NCBI GenBank assembly: GCA_963798485.1
Contig: CAWCTR010000024.1
Span: forward strand, 1-64,000
Source of the DNA: an uncultured delta proteobacterium
Lineage (GTDB): Bacteria > Desulfobacterota > Desulfomonilia > UBA1062
Direction: 5' to 3'
DNA length: 64,000 bases
In this document: in pieces, positions 57,862 through 64,000 of the stretch
Layout of the letters: every line of letters starts with the position of its first letter
How positions within the stretch are numbered: position 1 is the first letter of the stretch
Notes under the pieces: model-generated
The model's database searches: none
Told to the model about the DNA's origin: nothing
What the model saw: the letters and a program-made list of their open reading frames with translations, nothing else
Program-made: the position numbers and the translations under genes

Positions 57862-59282
57862 TTATTTTATCAAATCTCTTGCTGCATAATAGCCGCAAAG
57901 GCCGTGAACACCCCCACCGGGTGGCGTCGATGAAGAGCAGATAAATATATTCCGCTGAGATGTCCTGTAGGGATTGAGGGATACAACCGGACGGGTATAA
58001 AGCTGAAAGATATCCTGCACTCCTCCGTTAATATCTCCTCCGACATAATTGGGGTTGTATTGTTCCATCACTGTCGCCGACATCGTGTTTCTTGCCAGAA
58101 TGACCTCTCGAAACCCGGGGGCATAGCTTTCAATCTTTTTTTCGATACGATCGGCCATATCCGCTTTTGAACCATGGGGTACATGGCAATACCCCCAGGC
58201 CGTATGCCTGCCTTCAGGGCTCCGTGAAGGATCGAAGAGGCTCTGTTGTGCGAGCATCACATAAGGCGTTTGGGAGATTTCGCCCTTGTTTACGCAACAG
58301 ACCGAATCGGCTATCTCCTCATACGAATTCCCCAGGTGGATAGTCCCTGCCTTTCTACATATTCCGGCCTTCCATGGGATCGGTTCTTTCAGTGCCCAGT
58401 CCATTTTATAAACGCCTGGGCCGTAACGGAATCCGGTAAGTCTATGCCGGTAATTTTCGGAAAGACTAAGGCCTTTAATATCCAACAACTGCCGGGGGGT
58501 GACGTCAAAAAAATAATAGGCTGCCTGGGGTATATCCTCCAAAGAACTGACAGGTATGCCTGTTACGATTTCGCCTCCCCGGTCAATGAAACAACGGGAA
58601 AAGCATCGGCCAGATTCTGCGAGCCACCTTTTACAAACGGCCACCCTACAGCATGGGCTAATGTCGCAAGTATAATGCCGAAGGCCGCTGTTGCAGGTTT
58701 GTGAAGGGGAATCATGGCATGGGCTGCAAGCCCGGCAAATAAAGCTCGCGTCTGAGGGTTGTGGAATTTTTTCTCTCCAAGACCTTTTGCGGAAAAAAGT
58801 GCCTTTGATGCAAATTTGGCCATCAGAAAGGGATCAGAAGGAAAAGGGATCGGCCTTAATATGCCGGATAGTAATCTTTCATAGCCATTTACAAAGGGCG
58901 CAAGAAAATCTTTGTATGCCGTGGCGTCGCGACCCAGAGCATCGGCTGTTATATCCAGGGACCGATGCAGAAAGACAGCAGATCCATCCTCAAACGGGTG
59001 GGCGAGCGGTATTTCCGGATTGACCCAGGAAAGGCCATATTGATGAAGTTCAAGTGGTCTGAAGAAAGAGGAGGAGGCCGCAAGAGGATGAGCTGTTGAA
59101 CAGACGTCGTGAACAAAACCAGGTAGGGTTAATTCTGCGGATCGGCACCCTCCCCCGATGGTTTCTTTCGCTTCCAGCAAAAGCACGGATGGAAATTTCC
59201 TGCCGAGTGTAATGGCGGCAGCTAGGCCGTTGGGACCGCTGCCCACAACGACGGCATCATAATGATGTTTGTCAGACGTCAA
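57862..59282 (-). pseudogene. Phytoene desaturase-family (COG1233) FAD oxidoreductase, frameshifted near 58600
   Basis: N-half VVGSGPNGL..HDVCS..GGSQNLADA, C-half GGEIVTG...STPPGGGVHGLCGYYAA. One extra base in the run at 58599-58602 would join them. Confidence 0.8.
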
Positions 59283-60412
59283 GGTTTTTGACCATCATTC
59301 ATATTTTTCCGTGAAGAGATAATTCTTCTCAGCAGATACAGCGGCATATATAAAGAAGAGCGGATGGCAGCGCAATACCAGACATTTCCCATCTCGCCCC
59401 ATCGAAGACGGCGGTCGATCAAGACATTTCGCTGTTCGATCTTACCTTCAACGCCCAGGCGTGAGGCAAGATTACCAAGTGTCTGATGCCAGAATTGATC
59501 CTCCTGCCCCACCGCACCCAATCGAAAACCAAGTTCCATAACCGGATCGGCTGCCCTGAAGAGGGGATGCACCTGGATGATGGTTTTATGATCCTCACGA
59601 AAACTGCTGAAGTTTATCCAGCCACAAAGCATGTGACCCTGGATCGTCGAAAAACAAAAGGAATCATCATCGGCATATATCACATGGATGCCTGTTGCCA
59701 GCACAAGCATACCCCCGATGCTGAGATTCAAAAGCGCTGTAGCGCCGGACGCTATGGGAGCGCCGCCGGAGGTGAACAGATGGTTGCCTTTCGGCCAGAA
59801 ATCGGGAAACTCCGACCGCCAGAGAGATACTATTTTTTGTGGATCCATATTCGTGTTGTCGATCTGAAAGCGGTATTTCTTATCCCAAAGACGACCGAAT
59901 CCATTGACGGGGCTGGTAACTTTTCTGCCGTTTACGTTTATATTCATTGCCTCTGCAGGCACATCACACATGGATATATGCTCAACATTTCCCGCCCAGC
60001 CAAGGACAAGGGGACCCCTGTACACTTGGAACGCACCTAAGGCGGTTTGAACTCTTGTTGGGAAAGGTAGTTGGCGCAAAGCTTCATGTTCGTCATCAAA
60101 CAACGCTATGGCCTTATCAAGGAATGTCAGACGAAATACATCCCGGAAAGGGTCAACGAGGTGGCAGGCCGCCAGCCCGATATTCTTTTGCGCAAGTCTG
60201 GATGCATAAACGAGCAGCAGGCTTGTCCCCTCAGAATCCAGGTGGGTAAGATTGGTAAAATTCAAAAGAATGTTTTTATTTTTCCTCAGTTCTTCATCAT
60301 ATGATCGAGATAAAATATCCTCACAGGTCCTATTGAGTGATCCCTGTATATCCAAAATCAAAGTCTCTCCATCGGCAATCCTTGGTCTAATGGCACCTTT
60401 GTCTTCAGACAT
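59279..60412 (-). CDS. STAS (anti-anti-sigma) domain fused to a DUF1990/SRPBCC-like domain
   Basis: LLNFTNLTHLDSEG STAS motif with the phosphorylatable Ser; C-terminal GFGRLWDKKY, F.F.T..GH..GW..F. C-domain call tentative. Confidence 0.6.
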   Translation of the reverse strand: MSEDKGAIRPRIADGETLILDIQGSLNRTCEDILSRSYDEELRKNKNILLNFTNLTHLDSEGTSLLLVYASRLAQKNIGLAACHLVDPFRDVFRLTFLDKAIALFDDEHEALRQLPFPTRVQTALGAFQVYRGPLVLGWAGNVEHISMCDVPAEAMNINVNGRKVTSPVNGFGRLWDKKYRFQIDNTNMDPQKIVSLWRSEFPDFWPKGNHLFTSGGAPIASGATALLNLSIGGMLVLATGIHVIYADDDSFCFSTIQGHMLCGWINFSSFREDHKTIIQVHPLFRAADPVMELGFRLGAVGQEDQFWHQTLGNLASRLGVEGKIEQRNVLIDRRLRWGEMGNVWYCAAIRSSLYMPLYLLRRIISSRKNMNDGQKP

Positions 60413-60841
60413 GGGATATTCCTTTTCCTCTTGCATTATTCTGTCAATCAAATGGCTTGAATATTCTATCACACTACGCAGGAGAATGCGTCCGATCTCT
60501 CTATCTATAAAATAAATATAAGGAGAAACGAGTCAATTAATAGGGGAAAGAAACGCGCATTTTTCATTTTGGACATCCGAGTTCACTAAGGATCACTCAC
60601 ATGGCGACTAGATTGATTTATGGGACTGCAGGTTGCTTCGAGACTTCAATATCATAGTTTGCCATAAGTTCTACCGGTAGATGACCCGGTTTTTTTAGTA
60701 TTTAACAGTTTATTGCTTTGCTATCGATATCTGGATATACTGCAACAGTGGATCAAATGACGGGATATGCTTACAAAGTGCTGTTTATTGATTTGGTTAG
60801 GATGGAACCCTGCAAGAATAAATAAATTTGAGAGGGAGTTT

Positions 60842-61030
60842 ATGATGGGAGATCTTAAGAAGGGCGATGTGGTTAAATTAAAGAGTGGAAGCCCTGCAAT
60901 GACGGTTGAAGATGTTGCTTCCGATGGTACTCTGAGTTGTGTTTGGTATGATAATGACAAGAAGGAAATTGTGGGTAGAAAGTTCTCGTATGAATGCCTT
61001 GATCTTGCCACCACCGTTAAGCCTGAATAA
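60842..61030 (+). CDS. YodC/DUF2158-family small protein
   Basis: GDVVKLKSGSPAMTV..CVWY motif; GAGGGAG RBS. Confidence 0.8.
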   Translation: MMGDLKKGDVVKLKSGSPAMTVEDVASDGTLSCVWYDNDKKEIVGRKFSYECLDLATTVKPE

Positions 61031-61254
61031 TTCTTAGCCTGTTCGATTGTATTACTATGAAAGAAAGGCCCGCGGCTAATCACCGGACCTTAGTAGGCAT
61101 ACACCTAAGATACTAAGAGCAGTCTCAGGCCCTGTTCTTTTCAACATAAGCCACATAAAAATAGAGATACCTTCGATTAATGATCGGTTCCCAAAGAACT
61201 GAACCCATAGAATGTTCAGAACTATACACATTTGCTAAAGCGTTGATTATGCAA

Positions 61255-63059
61255 GAATCTGTTGAAAAACCCCCAGCTGAACTTCGAGCAAGCAGCCGAT
61301 ATATTTTATCAGAAAATAGTTATTTAGCTATATTATCAAATGGTTATGTGATATAAAGATGTTGTCTTCAAGGGAAGGATTCTACCACCTCATCCGATAC
61401 CTGAGACGAAAGGACACCATGGCCAAGTATAAACCTTACACCTATGCACAGGACATGCTGATACCTGTTTCTCTCAAGGAACAGCTGATGCCGGGCAGCT
61501 TGGAGTATGCGATTCATACACTCGTGGATGAACGGATGGACGTGAGCCTGTTCGATGAGAAGTACAAGAACGACGACACAGGACGGCGAGCATACGACCC
61601 CCGGATACTGCTGAAGGTGGTTCTGCTCGGGTATTCCAGAGGGCTGATATCATCGAGGAAGATAGAGCAGGCATGCAAGGAGAACGTGGTGTTCATGGCT
61701 TTGAGCTGTGGGCAGTATCCTGACCACAGCACGATCTCGACCTTCGTGAGCTCCATGAAGGATGAGATCCTTCCATTGTTTCGGGATGTGCTTTTGGTCT
61801 GCGAGGAGACGAACCTGCTTGGGGGGACGTTCTTCGCACTGGACGGGTGCAAGCTCAAATGCAATGCCTCACCGGAGTGGAGCAGGACGATATCTGAGTT
61901 GAGGGCGAAGCGGGAGAAGCTTGAAGAGAAGGTGAAGGAACTGTTGACGGAGCAGGAGGAGGAAGACCGGAAGGACGATGATAAGAATCCCCCTGAAGAT
62001 CGCTCCTATCCTGGAAGGCAGATCGAGAAGCTGAAGAAGCAGGCTGACCGGATCGAGGCGTGGTTGAAGGAGAACGGGGAGCGGCTTGGGGTAAAGGGCC
62101 GGGAGATAAAGAGCAACCTGACGGACAACGAGTCATCGAAGATGGTCTCCTCCAATGGGACTATCCAGGGGTATAACGGACAGGCGCTGGTGGACTCAAA
62201 GAGACAGGTGATTGTTCATGCAGAGGCATTCGGAACTGGTGGTGATCATGATCTTGTTCCTCCGATGCTGGATGGGGCTATGGAGAACCTGAATAAGATC
62301 GGCCTCTCCCGGGATTATTTTAAAGGTACAACGTTCACAGCAGACAGCGGTTACCACAGCAAGATGAATATACAGAAATGCATGGATGAGGAGATTGATG
62401 CGTACATACCGGACAAGAGGTTCCGCACACGGGATCCTCGTTTCAATGGGAGGAAGGGCCGGTCGGTGAGAACACATTATGGACTGCAGGACTTCCGGTA
62501 CGATGAAGAGAGCGATCAGTATGAGTGCCCTAATGGAAAGATGTTAAGCCTGAAGGAAAGAAATCATGTATCAACAGGGAATCTCTACCGGGTATATCGC
62601 CCGCAGGAGCATGACTGTATGGAGTGTGAGGTTAAGTGGAAATGCATATACGGCAATGGCAGGGGTCCAAAAAACCTGATGGTTCCCATTGGACCGGATG
62701 GCAATAACCTCACCAAGGTCATGATAGAGAAGATCGAGAGTGAGAAAGGCCGCAGGATCTACCCTCAGAGAATGGCCATCGTGGAGCCGGTATTCGCCAA
62801 TATCCGGACCCACAAACGCCTTGACCGGTTCACCTTGCGAGGCAAGATCAAAGTGAACATTCAATGGCTGCTGTACTGCATGGTGCACAACATCGGAAAA
62901 ATAGCGAATTATGGGTTCGCCTAAAGGGGAATGATATGAGATGCGAGAGAAGAATTCAGAGAATGATCCGATAAAACCTTATCACTGAACATCCAGATAT
63001 CAACAACTTCAAAAAATCAGAGAATCCTTCAATACCCGAAACCCTTATTCAACAGATTC
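61255..63059 (+). mobile_element. IS1182-family insertion sequence (copy B, diverged from copy A)
   Basis: TIRs GAATCTGTTGAAAAA / TTATTCAACAGATTC (14/15), flanked by a 3-bp direct repeat CAA. Confidence 0.85.
61419..62924 (+). CDS. IS1182-family transposase
   Basis: Same motifs as 41673-43184; AAGGA RBS before MAKYKPY. Confidence 0.9.
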   Translation: MAKYKPYTYAQDMLIPVSLKEQLMPGSLEYAIHTLVDERMDVSLFDEKYKNDDTGRRAYDPRILLKVVLLGYSRGLISSRKIEQACKENVVFMALSCGQYPDHSTISTFVSSMKDEILPLFRDVLLVCEETNLLGGTFFALDGCKLKCNASPEWSRTISELRAKREKLEEKVKELLTEQEEEDRKDDDKNPPEDRSYPGRQIEKLKKQADRIEAWLKENGERLGVKGREIKSNLTDNESSKMVSSNGTIQGYNGQALVDSKRQVIVHAEAFGTGGDHDLVPPMLDGAMENLNKIGLSRDYFKGTTFTADSGYHSKMNIQKCMDEEIDAYIPDKRFRTRDPRFNGRKGRSVRTHYGLQDFRYDEESDQYECPNGKMLSLKERNHVSTGNLYRVYRPQEHDCMECEVKWKCIYGNGRGPKNLMVPIGPDGNNLTKVMIEKIESEKGRRIYPQRMAIVEPVFANIRTHKRLDRFTLRGKIKVNIQWLLYCMVHNIGKIANYGFA

Positions 63060-63370
63060 CAATAAACTATATGGTTATCTTTTCGTGTTAATATCGTTGA
63101 TACCGTGCCAGACATTCTGCTCTGGCTTGGAGTGATATTCTTTGTATGTTTCGAACCAAAATCTCCAGTATTAGGACCTTTGGAAAGCGCCAAGTTAGCG
63201 CAGATATCTACAGTTCGAAGTTCAAGACTAACTTATATCTCTTGCTGTATGCCCCTATAGTATAAATCAAACATCATTGTAAGGATGTCTTTGTGATGGA
63301 CATACGGTTATAAGAAGTTATTACATAAGTGAATTGCAAGCGAGTCATGCGCATTATGGAGAGCACCAAT

Positions 63371-64000
63371 ATGAAAGATAAAACAAAACAGCAGCTCATC
63401 GCAGAGTTGGCCGAGGCACACCAAAAGATTACAGAAATGGAGAATATTTCATCCAAATACAAAAAGGCTGAAGAAAAACTGAAGGAGATTGAAGCACGCT
63501 ACCGTGCCCTGTTTGATACATCTCCCGATCCCATCGTCATGTACGATCTTCAAGGCAACTACATCATGGTGAACAAACAGGCAGCCTCTGTTTATGGGGT
63601 AGAATCTCCAGAGATGTTCATGTCAAAGTTTAAAAACATCATGGATATCCTTGATGAAACCGGCCGCACTCAGGCGTTAATGAGGATTGATGATCTTTTA
63701 AAAGGCAGAGAAGTTCCATGGAATGAATATACATTTTTTATTAGGGATGGGAATTATCTCATTGGAGAGGTCAATTCGTCTATTATTCTGGATCATAATG
63801 ATAAACCTACAGCCATAATCAGCATTATACATGATATCACACAGCGTAGAATTTTAGAGGAAGCACTTAGACATAATGAGCAACAACTTCGACAAATCAT
63901 TGATTTGGTTCCCCACATGATATTTGTAAAAGATTGGGATGGGAAATATATCCTGGCAAATAAAGCTGTAGCAAATGGTTACAACAAGACCGTGAATGAA
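63371..64000 (+). CDS. PAS-domain sensor protein, 3'-truncated by the window
   Basis: Open frame MKDKTKQQLIAEL...YRALFDTSPDPI..DLQG..VN...HDITQRR...IIDLVPHMIFVKDWDGKYILAN running to the window end. Confidence 0.85.
   Translation, partial: MKDKTKQQLIAELAEAHQKITEMENISSKYKKAEEKLKEIEARYRALFDTSPDPIVMYDLQGNYIMVNKQAASVYGVESPEMFMSKFKNIMDILDETGRTQALMRIDDLLKGREVPWNEYTFFIRDGNYLIGEVNSSIILDHNDKPTAIISIIHDITQRRILEEALRHNEQQLRQIIDLVPHMIFVKDWDGKYILANKAVANGYNKTVNE

Noticed and set aside
41520-63059. Composite transposon formed by the two inverted IS1182 copies around the 18-kb stress cluster
   Set aside because: Each IS has its own matching TSD (GGT; CAA) and different TIRs, which indicates independent insertions.
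1-64000. CRISPR array, cas genes or rRNA
   Set aside because: No regularly spaced repeats, cas motifs or rRNA-like sequence seen on reading.

Overview
Bacterial chromosomal window, about 45-50% GC by eye. The gene content (Desulfovibrio-type bacterioferritin, TPR-amidase, MKDKTKQQLI-type PAS protein) suggests a Desulfobacterota/deltaproteobacterial host, probably an anaerobe; this is inference. Positions 1-11 kb hold an AT-rich surface-glycosylation locus (frameshifted GtrB-like GT2, GtrA flippase, methyltransferase, YfhO-type GT-C) enclosing an operon with the same parts as the V. cholerae O1 rfbKLMNO (wbeK-O) tetronate pathway: adenylate ligase, ACP, Fe-ADH, LuxE, LuxC and acyltransferase. 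Positions 11-17.6 kb hold an IS remnant, a secreted hydrolase, a MITE/REP-like element, a DHH phosphoesterase, Pal and a beta-CASP nuclease. At tRNA-Leu(TAA) (17615-17699) an integrative mobilizable element begins: tyrosine integrase, excisionase, MOBQ-type oriT and TraA relaxase-helicase, with no T4SS and no attR seen. About 40 kb of oxygen, light and envelope-stress genes follow: ArsS/CMD, two periplasmic MsrAB, PerR-KatA, peptidoglycan enzymes, an RpoE-regulon-like cluster with UfaD and a UfaO-UfaM fusion (furan fatty acid pathway), a TudS-like protein, SOUL, bacterioferritin and a class II photolyase, plus two independent IS1182 insertions. The most novel item is missing from the ORF track: a 102-codon exported protein between the two msrAB genes with an in-frame UGA and a SECIS-like hairpin, a candidate mini-MsrA/HMA-fold selenoprotein.
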